A stretch of 64,000 nucleotides of DNA from an uncultured Enterobacteriaceae bacterium. Its GTDB lineage: Bacteria; Pseudomonadota; Gammaproteobacteria; Ga0077536. Below, piece after piece: positions 1 through 8,513 of the stretch. The notes under the pieces were generated by a model, which saw only the letters and a program-made list of their open reading frames with translations, was not told the origin of the DNA and did no database searches. Where the stretch lies: NCBI GenBank assembly GCA_964523765.1, contig CAZFZX010000001.1, forward strand, positions 28,332-92,331. Reading direction: 5' to 3'. Position 1 is the stretch's first letter. Each line of letters opens with the position of its first letter. A program made the translations under genes and the position numbers.

Positions 1-510
1 GGAAAAAGGGAACTCCTGGAAGCACTGCCACCGTATCAAGGCGGGGGCGAAATGATCAAAGAAGTCCGATTTGACGGAACCGAATACAACGACGTTCCCT
101 ACAAGTTCGAGGCTGGGACGCCGCACATAGCAGGCGCTATTGGCTTGGGCGCGGCACTCGATTATGTCAGCGCGATCGATTTTCCCGGCGCCATCAAATA
201 CGAACACGATTTGCTGGACTACGCGACCCGCCGGATCGGTGAAATCGAGGGGGCGCGTATCATAGGCACGGCGGAAGAAAAGGTCGCGGTGCTGTCGTTC
301 GTCGTGGATCAGATTCACCCGCACGACCTAGGTCTCCTCTTGGATAATCAAGGCATCGCTGTGCGAACCGGTCATCATTGCGCAATGCCCGTGATGCAGC
401 ATTTTGGTATCCCCGGAACGGTTCGCGCGTCCCTATCGATTTATAATACCGAAGAAGACGTCGATCGCTTTGTTGATGCCGCCGCCAAAGCGAAGATGAT
501 GCTTGCTTGA
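1..510 (+). CDS. sufS: cysteine desulfurase SufS, C-terminal part (5' end outside window)
   Basis: Reading frame is open from base 1. It carries the ...LPPYQGGGEMI... and RTGHHCA motifs typical of group II (SufS) cysteine desulfurases. It ends at the TGA at 508-510. Confidence 0.85.
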   Translation, partial: GKRELLEALPPYQGGGEMIKEVRFDGTEYNDVPYKFEAGTPHIAGAIGLGAALDYVSAIDFPGAIKYEHDLLDYATRRIGEIEGARIIGTAEEKVAVLSFVVDQIHPHDLGLLLDNQGIAVRTGHHCAMPVMQHFGIPGTVRASLSIYNTEEDVDRFVDAAAKAKMMLA

Positions 511-586
511 ATACCAAATACATAAGCGTAAACATGGGATACTCAGCGGCTTCGCTTAGCGGTACACGCATACACCCCCTCCCTGT

Positions 587-613
587 CCCTCCCCCTCGAT
601 TTGAGGGGGAGGG
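587..613. other. perfect 11-bp GC-rich hairpin between sufS and the SufT-like gene
   Basis: CCCTCCCCCTC-GATTT-GAGGGGGAGGG, preceded by a C-rich tract and with no T-run after it. Confidence 0.5.
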
Positions 614-675
614 AACCTTACCGCAGCCCAGAGTGTTTCATTTTTCGGCACATCTATTTAGCTATTGAGTTGAAG

Positions 676-1239
676 ATGAATAACCCGCAAGATTTCAATA
701 ATCCGATCACGCTCCTTCGGGATTGCGAGGCAGTCCTCATTCCCGAGGGTTCTCCGGTTACCCTGACGAAAGGTACGGCGGTCTACGTCACGCAGGCGCT
801 GGGTGGTTCAGTGACCGTGAACGTTAACGGTAATCTCGCGAGGATTCCACCGCGAAACGTTGATGCGATCGGCCTCGAGGTCGAAACCCTGCCCGCCGAT
901 GCGGTCGCGGCGAGTGGCGATGGAACCATCGACGAAGCCTTGCTCTGGGAGCAGCTTCGCACCTGCTACGATCCCGAGATCCCAATTAATATTGTTGAAC
1001 TGGGATTGATCTATCGTTGCGAAGTATATCCAATCGAAGGTGGCGGCAACCGGGTGGATATCGATATGACCCTGACCGCGCCAGGTTGCGGTATGGGACC
1101 GTTCCTGGTCGATGACGTTGAACACAAACTCGCACTGATCCCGAACGTTTCGGAGGTCAAGGTGGAGTTGGTTTTCGACCCGATGTGGAATCCGGAAATG
1201 ATGTCGGACGCCGCGAGATTGCAGACCGGTTTGTACTGA
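676..1239 (+). CDS. SufT-like DUF59 (MIP18 family) Fe-S cluster assembly protein
   Basis: C-terminal DUF59 signature (CYDPEIPINIVELGLIY ... TLTAPGCGMG) directly downstream of sufS. The first ATG giving a sensible N-terminus (MNNPQDF) is at 676; the track ORF starts further upstream at 601. Confidence 0.6.
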   Translation: MNNPQDFNNPITLLRDCEAVLIPEGSPVTLTKGTAVYVTQALGGSVTVNVNGNLARIPPRNVDAIGLEVETLPADAVAASGDGTIDEALLWEQLRTCYDPEIPINIVELGLIYRCEVYPIEGGGNRVDIDMTLTAPGCGMGPFLVDDVEHKLALIPNVSEVKVELVFDPMWNPEMMSDAARLQTGLY

Positions 1240-1458
1240 CGCGTCCTATCCCCCGCAACGACGACCGAACCCGGGGGGCCGCGGAAAGCTGTTGTGCCGT
1301 CCTGCGTTCCCTAGCCCGCATATTTCACGAAGGCGGTTTCGAAACGGTTTACGACCTCTTTTCATCAAACGCTTAGTGTCATTATCGGACCGATGCCAAC
1401 GGAACGGTTTGTACCTGAACGGTTTCAGGAAAAATTTGACTGTGAATCTTGAACAAAT

Positions 1459-1494
1459 CCCCTCCAACCATAGCTACGGCTATGCTTGGAGGGG
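1459..1494. other. 16-bp stem / 4-nt loop hairpin in the SufT-ndk spacer
   Basis: CCCCTCCAACCATAGC-TACG-GCTATGCTTGGAGGGG (1 mismatch). Not followed by a T-run on the plus strand. Confidence 0.5.
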
Positions 1495-1617
1495 ATCTGT
1501 CCAACCTTCCGGGCCAGATTTCCCCTGAACACCGTTCCCTTCATGAATTATGCGGGCGAGGGTTCCCGCCGAGCTTCAACCGCGTCGGCCATGAGTGCTT
1601 TTCGCCGCCGCAACCCC

Positions 1618-1623
1618 TATAAT
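1618..1623 (+). promoter_or_regulatory. candidate -10 hexamer (TATAAT) of an ndk promoter
   Basis: Perfect TATAAT lies 51 bp upstream of the ndk ATG, but the -35 region (GTGCTT) is poor. AGGAG SD at 1660-1664. Confidence 0.4.
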
Positions 1624-1673
1624 ACCGCTGATTTTTCAATGCCTTATGAATCTATCTCAGGAGCGAAGTCCGA

Positions 1674-2099
1674 ATGCCTACGGAACGAACCCTTTCCATC
1701 GTAAAACCCAACGCGGTAGCCGCGAACAATATCGGCGCGATCCTAGCGAAACTAGAGGACGCGGGACTCGAAATCGTGGCTGCCAAGATGGTGCACCTGT
1801 CCCGCGATCGAGCCGAAGAATTTTACGGCGTGCATCGCGATCGGCCGTTTTTCGGTGAGCTCGTGGATTTCATGACCTCCGGTCCGGTCATGGTGCAGGT
1901 GCTCGAAGGTGAAAACGCGATAAGGGTAAACCGCGACGTCATGGGGGCGACCAACCCGGCAGAGGCGGCGCCGGGCACGATCCGAGCCGAATACGCCAAA
2001 GACCTTACTGAAAATGCGGTACACGGATCCGACGGGGCGGAAACGGCGGCAGCCGAAATCTCTTTTTTCTTCGACGAGAATGCCCTCTGTTCGCGTTGA
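1674..2099 (+). CDS. ndk: nucleoside diphosphate kinase
   Basis: 141 aa starting [15 protein letters not shown] with the NAVHGSD active-site His motif. AGGAG SD lies 8 nt upstream of the ATG. Confidence 0.95.
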   Translation: MPTERTLSIVKPNAVAANNIGAILAKLEDAGLEIVAAKMVHLSRDRAEEFYGVHRDRPFFGELVDFMTSGPVMVQVLEGENAIRVNRDVMGATNPAEAAPGTIRAEYAKDLTENAVHGSDGAETAAAEISFFFDENALCSR

Positions 2100-2107
2100 A
2101 TTTGACG

Positions 2108-3205
2108 ATGAACCCAGCCACCACGAATCTCAGCAATCTCGACATCAAGGGTCTTGAGCATTTTATGGCGCGCCTCGGAGAACGTCCCTACCGCACGTCT
2201 CAGATCATGAAGTGGATACACCAATTCGGTGTCGTCAATTTCGATGACATGACGAATTTGAGCAAGTCCTTTCGCGAACGATTATCTGCGGAAACTGAGA
2301 TCCGCTTTCCGGATGTAATCGACACGCACGAATCTGCCGACGGTACGATCAAGTGGTTGCTGGGGGTTGGTTCGGGAAATTGCGTGGAGACGGTTTTCAT
2401 TCCGGAAAATGATCGCGGAACCTTATGCGTGTCGTCACAGATCGGCTGCCCGCTCGATTGCCGCTTTTGCGCGACCGCGACTCAAGGTTTCAATCGCAAT
2501 TTGCACATTAGCGAAATCATCGGCCAGGTATGGTTGGCGGCGCGAAAACTTGGCCAGACGCCCAAAACTAACCGTCGGATCAGTAACGTCGTAATGATGG
2601 GGATGGGCGAACCGCTCTTGAACTTCGACAACGTGATCGGCGCGATCAAGCTGATGATGGACGACCACGCGTATAATCTCGCGCGTAAACGAGTAACCCT
2701 CTCTACGGCCGGCTACGTTCCTGGAATACACAAACTGCGCGAAACGTGCCCGGTGAGTTTGGCCGTCTCGCTGCACGCACCGAACGACGACCTTCGTGAC
2801 ACACTGGTACCGATTAACAAGACCTACCCATTGAGTTCTCTAATGGACGCGTGCAAGCAATATGCACAAACCAACCCTCACGACCAAATCACTTTCGAAT
2901 ACGTGATGTTGAAGGGCGTTAACGACAGTGTTTATCTTGCCAGAGATCTCGTTCGCGTGTTGCAAGGGATCCCTGCGAAAGTAAACTTGATCCCGTTTAA
3001 TCGGTTCGAGGGAACGCGATTCGAATGTTCGCTCCGTGAAACAATCGACGCTTTTCGGGACCAGCTGGTGCGGTCGGGGATCGTCACCATCACCCGCAAA
3101 ACTCGTGGCGACGATATCGCTGCGGCGTGCGGCCAGTTGATTGGGAGAGTGCAGGCGAAAAGTGCGCGACGCCGTACTGAAAGTAGTTTGGAGAAATCAA
3201 AATGA
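2108..3205 (+). CDS. rlmN: 23S rRNA m2A2503 / tRNA m2A37 methyltransferase RlmN (radical SAM)
   Basis: [10 protein letters not shown] radical-SAM cysteine motif, ...MKWIHQF N-terminal region and GMGEPLLN motif. The first ATG is at 2108; the track ORF starts at the TTG at 2096, which overlaps the ndk stop. Confidence 0.9.
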   Translation: MNPATTNLSNLDIKGLEHFMARLGERPYRTSQIMKWIHQFGVVNFDDMTNLSKSFRERLSAETEIRFPDVIDTHESADGTIKWLLGVGSGNCVETVFIPENDRGTLCVSSQIGCPLDCRFCATATQGFNRNLHISEIIGQVWLAARKLGQTPKTNRRISNVVMMGMGEPLLNFDNVIGAIKLMMDDHAYNLARKRVTLSTAGYVPGIHKLRETCPVSLAVSLHAPNDDLRDTLVPINKTYPLSSLMDACKQYAQTNPHDQITFEYVMLKGVNDSVYLARDLVRVLQGIPAKVNLIPFNRFEGTRFECSLRETIDAFRDQLVRSGIVTITRKTRGDDIAAACGQLIGRVQAKSARRRTESSLEKSK

Positions 3206-3972
3206 CCCGGAAAGTAACGCGCGCTGGCATCTTCGTGCTAGCCGCCATTTTCACGGCGGGGTGCGCATCGACGTCAAAGGTCGAGAAAAAAACACCCGAA
3301 GATCGGGAGAAGGTCGCCGATATCAATACGCAACTCGCCATCGAGTATATGCGAGACGGCAATAACGAACTCGCATTAAAAAAGTTGGACAGAGCGATCG
3401 AGATGGATCCGGATCACGCTCCAGCTTATAGCGCGAAAGGACTGCTTTACAATCGCGTCGGGGATTTTGAGAAAGCGGATAGAAATTTCCGCAAAGCGAT
3501 ACGGCTCGATCCAACTAACTCGTCGATATTGAATAACTACGGTCAGGTACTGTGCCAAAACCAGCAGTACGAAAAAGGGCAGGAAATGTTTCTAAAGGCC
3601 AATGAAAACCCCCTCTATCGCACTCCGGAGATCGCCCTGAGCAATGCCGGTACTTGCGCGATGGAGGCGGGGGACGTCAACACGGCCGAAAAGCATTATC
3701 GGGAGGCTTTGGCTGTCAACCCGCGCATCGCGCCCACGCTGCTACAAATGTCCGTGCTTAGCCACGACCTTGGCCGCTATCTGCCGGCTCGCGCCTATTT
3801 GCAGCGTTATCTGGAGGTCGGAAACCATAACGCGAAGAGCCTTTGGCTCGGCATACGAATTGAGCGCGAATTGGGCGACAAAGATGCACTGGCAAGCTAC
3901 TCCCTGCAATTGGAGAAGGGATTTCCCGATACGGAAGAAGCCCGCCTGCTGTTGGAGTCAAAAGAGAACTGA
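3202..3972 (+). CDS. pilW: TPR-repeat lipoprotein, type IV pilus biogenesis/stability protein PilW (PilF) family
   Basis: Lipobox [11 protein letters not shown] followed by several TPR repeats. It sits at the conserved position ndk-rlmN-pilW-rodZ and overlaps the rlmN stop by 4 bp. Confidence 0.75.
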   Translation: MTRKVTRAGIFVLAAIFTAGCASTSKVEKKTPEDREKVADINTQLAIEYMRDGNNELALKKLDRAIEMDPDHAPAYSAKGLLYNRVGDFEKADRNFRKAIRLDPTNSSILNNYGQVLCQNQQYEKGQEMFLKANENPLYRTPEIALSNAGTCAMEAGDVNTAEKHYREALAVNPRIAPTLLQMSVLSHDLGRYLPARAYLQRYLEVGNHNAKSLWLGIRIERELGDKDALASYSLQLEKGFPDTEEARLLLESKEN

Positions 3973-4868
3973 TGACGTCCGTAAACGCCGACGCCGGGAT
4001 ATCCACGCTTGATTCGGCGAACTCGCCCGGACGGCTGATCGCCGCGGCACGGGAGTCGAAGTCGATCGGTTCAGCCGACTTGGCTGCGCGGCTACGGCTC
4101 GACGGAAAGATAATCAAAGCACTTGAAAGAGACGACTTCGAGAATTTGCCGTCGCCGACGTTCATCAAAGGTTACATTCGCTCGATTTCGAAGGAGCTCG
4201 GTGTCGATGCGGATCCGATCTTAGAAGCATACGCGGCTCACGGGTCGATCGAGCCGGCTGCGCTTGCCGATTTTTCTTCGCGGGTACCGGAGCAGGTCGG
4301 GATCGATAGCACGATCGTAAAGGTCGTCACCTACGCCCTATCGGCGACGCTAGTCGTTTTGATCGTTTTGTGGTGGCGATCGACCTATCAAAACGGGGGC
4401 ACGACGACGCCTGATGAACTGGAGAAGGTCACCGCTGATCTAGGAAAAGCGGCGCCGCTCCCCTACGCCTATGAAGTGGTAGAACACGATAACAAAGGAT
4501 GGCGCGTCGCCCCGCCCGCCGGGCGTTCTGCGGCCGAGACGGTGGTGCCGGCCGAAATGCCCGCAAACGAAGAGGACCCTCTACTGGTGGCCCGAGCTGG
4601 CGTCGGCGTTCTCCATATTGCTACAGACAGCAAGGCGTGGGTCGAGGTATATAACGGCGCCGGCGACAAACTCTACTATGATATGGTCAGAGTAGACGCC
4701 GCAATCGAAATAACGGGGCACACGGTTTATCGGCTGATCGTCGGCAACTCGGGGTCCGTCACGATACGGCTGAATGGCGACAGCGTCGACCTTGAGCCGC
4801 ACTCATTCCAGGGTGTCGCGCGTCTGGAACTCGAAAGCCCACCGCGAGACGGCCGCTCCGCGCGATGA
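3972..4868 (+). CDS. rodZ: cytoskeleton protein RodZ (HTH + transmembrane segment + C-terminal domain)
   Basis: N-terminal XRE-like HTH (SIGSADLAARLRLDGKIIKALE), a single TM helix (VVTYALSATLVVLIVLWW) and conserved position. Its stop overlaps the hisS start (ATGA). Confidence 0.8.
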   Translation: MTSVNADAGISTLDSANSPGRLIAAARESKSIGSADLAARLRLDGKIIKALERDDFENLPSPTFIKGYIRSISKELGVDADPILEAYAAHGSIEPAALADFSSRVPEQVGIDSTIVKVVTYALSATLVVLIVLWWRSTYQNGGTTTPDELEKVTADLGKAAPLPYAYEVVEHDNKGWRVAPPAGRSAAETVVPAEMPANEEDPLLVARAGVGVLHIATDSKAWVEVYNGAGDKLYYDMVRVDAAIEITGHTVYRLIVGNSGSVTIRLNGDSVDLEPHSFQGVARLELESPPRDGRSAR

Positions 4869-6160
4869 AACTCCAATCCATTAAAGGGATGAATGATATC
4901 GTCCCGCCGATTACTGGTGCCTGGCAGCGAGCCGAAGAATCGCTTCGCGCGATCCTGGACAGCTACGGATACCGCGAGATCCGCCTACCGGTGATGGAGA
5001 ATACCGCCGTCTTCGCGCGCTCCATCGGTGACGTGACGGATATCGTACAAAAGGAAATGTACACGTTTGAGGATCGAAACGGCGACAGCCTAACGCTGCG
5101 CCCCGAGGGAACCGCCGGCTGCGTGCGGGCAGTTCTCCAAAACGGGCTAGTACATCAGCAGTTCCGAAAGCTTTGGTATACGGGACCGATGTTCCGACAC
5201 GAGCGGCCGCAAAAAGGTCGCTCTCGCCAATTCCACCAGATCGGCGTCGAAGTATTCGATATGCCGGGCCCGGACATCGACGCAGAGCTGATAATGATGA
5301 CGGCTCGAATGTGGGCGGCGCTCGAAGTGACAGATCTTCGACTCGAACTCAACACGCTCGGGACAATGGAAAGCCGTGCGAAATACCGAGAAGTCTTGCT
5401 CCGTTACTTTTCCGCCAACCGAGACCAACTGGATCAGGACAGTTTAGTGCGGCTCGACCGTAACCCGATGCGAATACTCGACAGCAAGAATCCGTCGCTT
5501 GCTGACGTAATCCGGGATGCTCCGGTACTTGAGCAGTATTTGGACGGCCCTTCGCGGGCACATTTCGATCGCTTATGCGAAATCTTGACCCGGGCGGGAG
5601 TCGAATTTCAGCTCAACCCACGTCTCGTCCGAGGCCTCGACTACTATTCCAACACCGTTTTCGAATGGGTGACCGAACGGCTAGGCGCTCAGGGAACGGT
5701 CTGCGCCGGCGGCCGATATGACGGGTTGGTCGAGTTATTGGGCGGTAAGTCGACACCCGCGATCGGTTTCGCTATGGGTCTGGAACGACTCATAGAGCTA
5801 GCCTGGAAGCGGCTTGACGAAGCGGATGACCCAGGCGCAGACGTTTACATTATCTCTACTCACGCCGACTATTGTGTGGACGTTTTGCTCTTGGCCGAGT
5901 CGATTCGGAACGCCATGGGTAATCGGCGTGTGTTGTGCCATTTCGGTGGCGGAAGTATGAAGTCGCAAATGAAAAAGGCGGATCGCGCCGGCGCACAACT
6001 CGCGTTGATCATCGGCGAACGGGAACATCTCGACGGGACTGTGACGATTAAACCCCTGCGCGGCCAAAGCGACCAAGTTACCGTGGCGCGCGACACAGGC
6101 GTCACCACCGTATGCGATTTGCTCTCGGCTCAGCACGGGAACGGTCGGATCACGGTCTGA
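4865..6160 (+). CDS. hisS: histidine--tRNA ligase
   Basis: MKLQSIKGMNDIVP...YGYREIRLPV class II aaRS motifs; 431 aa. Confidence 0.95.
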   Translation: MKLQSIKGMNDIVPPITGAWQRAEESLRAILDSYGYREIRLPVMENTAVFARSIGDVTDIVQKEMYTFEDRNGDSLTLRPEGTAGCVRAVLQNGLVHQQFRKLWYTGPMFRHERPQKGRSRQFHQIGVEVFDMPGPDIDAELIMMTARMWAALEVTDLRLELNTLGTMESRAKYREVLLRYFSANRDQLDQDSLVRLDRNPMRILDSKNPSLADVIRDAPVLEQYLDGPSRAHFDRLCEILTRAGVEFQLNPRLVRGLDYYSNTVFEWVTERLGAQGTVCAGGRYDGLVELLGGKSTPAIGFAMGLERLIELAWKRLDEADDPGADVYIISTHADYCVDVLLLAESIRNAMGNRRVLCHFGGGSMKSQMKKADRAGAQLALIIGEREHLDGTVTIKPLRGQSDQVTVARDTGVTTVCDLLSAQHGNGRITV

Positions 6161-6447
6161 ATCGGTTCCATGCGGTGGGCCGCTAGCGGCTAATGAGCCG
6201 AGACTTCTGGCGAACTTTATGGGACGGGGACGGACAAATCTGGAGGCAGAACTGCAGTTCGTGGAACCGTCAGAGGTTCCCGGCATCGTGAGATTCCGGG
6301 TCGAGAGCATTGTCCGCTATAATGCCGCGCTTCGCGCCGGACGGAGCGAACGCTCGCTGGCCGATCGCGAATCCGAGCGCGGGAACCACGACGCCGAGCC
6401 GAAAACCTTGACCGCGAGCGGCGCATGAAACAGATACCGGGCGCGTC

Positions 6448-7110
6448 GTGTTGCGGATCGACGGGAGATTGAATTTGGACGCATATACGACAGAGCAAGA
6501 ACAGCTCGAACAGATCAAGAAATGGTGGAACGAAAACGGTAAAGCCATCGTGCTCGGCCTGGCGCTCGGCCTCGGGGGCTTGTTCGGTTATCGCTATTGG
6601 GAGGCGGCTCGACTCGCCGACGGCCAGAGCGCTTCTATAAATTACGAGCATCTGCTCGGGATCGCCGCGGCCGGAGCTAGCGACGAAGCTACCGCCGCCG
6701 GTGAGGCCATCATAGACGCTTATCCGAAGAGTACCTACGCAAAACTGAGCGCGCTGGTGCTAGCGAAACTTGCGGTGGACGTAAGAAACATCGAGGAAGC
6801 TAAAAAGCGACTGCAGTGGGTCATCGATCACTCCCAGGCGGGAAAGATCAAACCCGTCGCGCAAGCCCGACTGGCCCAACTACTGCTGGCCGAGGGAAAA
6901 ACCGACGATGCCGCCGCGCTTATCACGCAGATCGACTCTACACATGCCCTTCAATTCGCCGAGCTTCGCGGCGACCTGCACGCGGCCCAGAAAGAGCGCG
7001 AGAAAGCGCGCGCTTTGTACAGCCAGGCATTAGCTGAAGTTCGCGAGCGCGGCGGTAACGGGCAAAGCATCGAACTCAAGCTCGACAATCTGAACGTGAC
7101 TACGCGCTGA
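6448..7110 (+). CDS. yfgM: YfgM-like TPR membrane protein (ancillary SecYEG translocon subunit family)
   Basis: N-terminal KKWWNENGKAIVLGLALGLGGLFGYRYW TM segment typical of YfgM/UPF0070. Conserved position between hisS and bamB. The start codon is uncertain (GTG/TTG region 6448-6480). Confidence 0.7.
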   Translation: MLRIDGRLNLDAYTTEQEQLEQIKKWWNENGKAIVLGLALGLGGLFGYRYWEAARLADGQSASINYEHLLGIAAAGASDEATAAGEAIIDAYPKSTYAKLSALVLAKLAVDVRNIEEAKKRLQWVIDHSQAGKIKPVAQARLAQLLLAEGKTDDAAALITQIDSTHALQFAELRGDLHAAQKEREKARALYSQALAEVRERGGNGQSIELKLDNLNVTTR

Positions 7111-7122
7111 CGTCGCAGTTTC

Positions 7123-8307
7123 ATGAAATCGTTACGCGTAACTCTTGCGCTAGCCGCGCTTGGACTCGGTGCCTGCACAGCCGTGACCTCGGTCACGGAT
7201 TCTGTTAGCGACCTCGTTGCGGGAGAACAAGACAATTCGATTCCGCCAACCGAACTGATCAAGTTCGAACCAACCATCGACGTGCAAAAAATCTGGTCCG
7301 GACGGTTCGGTAAAGGTGTCGACAACCTCTTTATTCAACTGATTCCAGCGCCCTACAAAGAGGCCATATACACTGCTGACCGCGACGGTCGCATGATAGC
7401 GCTGAGCGCCGCGACGGGAGAGGAGCTATGGACCGAGCGCGGCAAGAAGCTGCGGATCTCGGGGGGACCGGGCGCCGGCGACGGACTCGTATTCGCGGGA
7501 ACCTCCGATGCCGAAGTCGTGGCGCGAGATGCCGAATCCGGTGAAGAAAAGTGGATCGTGCAGGTGTCGAGTGAGGTGCTCGCGCCGCCGCGCGCTGCGG
7601 GTGGCACTGTCGTTGTTCGGACCGGCGACGGAAAATTGTTCGGTCTGGATTCCGAAACCGGCAAGAGGAAGTGGGTATACGATCGAACGATCCCTGTACT
7701 GACTTTACGGGGGACTAGCGCGCCGGTCATTTACGGTGGGATCGTTATCGCGGGATTCGATAACGGAAGGCTTGTAGCCCTCGATTTAGCGACCGGGAAA
7801 CAGGAATGGGAAACGCGCCTAGCCGTACCGACCGGGCGGTCGGACCTCGAACGTATGGTCGACGTAGACGCAGAACCGACCATTGCCGATGACACGGCCT
7901 ATGTCGCTAGTTTTCAGGCGAACGTCGCGGCCGTATCCATTGTCAACGGGCAGTTAGAATGGACGCGCAAGATCTCTTCCTACTCGAATTTGGCCGTCGA
8001 CGAATCCCGGGTCTACGTGACCGACGAACTTGGAAACGTCTGGGCACTCGACCGCGACACGGGGACGTCAATTTGGAAGCAGGAAGGACTGAAGGCACGC
8101 CGAGTGACCGGGCCTGCCGTCGTCGGTGATTATGTGGTAGTCGGCGATTTTGAAGGATATTTGCACTGGATAGACCGTGAGACCGGGGATTTTGTCCATC
8201 GTCTTCGTCTCGACGACGAACGCATTCTGGTTCCGTGCCGCAGAATCGATGACATATTGCTGGCGTTCAGTTCATCCGGGGTTCTAGCCGCATTCAGGCC
8301 TGAATAG
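7123..8307 (+). CDS. bamB: outer membrane protein assembly factor BamB (PQQ-like beta-propeller lipoprotein)
   Basis: Lipobox ALGLGACT, repeated PQQ-like WG/DG blades, and a position immediately upstream of der. Confidence 0.9.
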   Translation: MKSLRVTLALAALGLGACTAVTSVTDSVSDLVAGEQDNSIPPTELIKFEPTIDVQKIWSGRFGKGVDNLFIQLIPAPYKEAIYTADRDGRMIALSAATGEELWTERGKKLRISGGPGAGDGLVFAGTSDAEVVARDAESGEEKWIVQVSSEVLAPPRAAGGTVVVRTGDGKLFGLDSETGKRKWVYDRTIPVLTLRGTSAPVIYGGIVIAGFDNGRLVALDLATGKQEWETRLAVPTGRSDLERMVDVDAEPTIADDTAYVASFQANVAAVSIVNGQLEWTRKISSYSNLAVDESRVYVTDELGNVWALDRDTGTSIWKQEGLKARRVTGPAVVGDYVVVGDFEGYLHWIDRETGDFVHRLRLDDERILVPCRRIDDILLAFSSSGVLAAFRPE

Positions 8308-8334
8308 AAGACTCCGCACCCCGCTCGGCCGCTT

Positions 8335-8500
8335 CTAGTGTGCTGTCCCACAATAAACTTCAATAAGTCGCGCCGGATTTTTTGTCACTGGCAAGGCGCG
8401 AGGACGACGCGTAGCGGGCTCTACACGAGGACGAGTAACGCAGCCAGGGGCGAAAAAGACCAGCGAATTATGAACGTTTATTGTGGGACAGGGCACTAGT
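8335..8500. repeat. 166-bp segment bounded by a 24-bp inverted repeat (2 mismatches) in the bamB-der spacer
   Basis: CTAGTGTGCTGTCCCACAATAAAC (8335-8358) versus GTTTATTGTGGGACAGGGCACTAG (8476-8499). A 16-bp core, CTGTCCCACAATAAAC / GTTTATTGTGGGACAG, is a perfect reverse complement. Confidence 0.7.
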
Positions 8501-8513
8501 AACAGCGACTTCA

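Noticed and set aside
260-571. Many long antisense or overlapping ORFs in the track (e.g. 260-571 -, 8867-9538 -, 22468-23061 -, 23061-23573 -, 29995-30915 +, 35630-36247 +, 37565-38251 +, 52080-52958 +, 62874-63530 +)
   Set aside because: They lie opposite strongly homology-supported genes and have Arg/Ala/Pro/Ser-rich, low-complexity translations typical of shadow ORFs in high-GC DNA. None has start signals or recognisable domains.
6178-6190. Perfect 12-bp palindrome GCCGCTAGCGGC just after hisS
   Set aside because: Too short to be meaningful by itself in GC-rich DNA. No loop, so it is not a terminator.
6219-6428. 69-aa ORF in the hisS-yfgM spacer
   Set aside because: No SD and Arg/Glu-rich arbitrary composition. 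The spacer more likely holds promoter or leader sequence and a possible repeat remnant.
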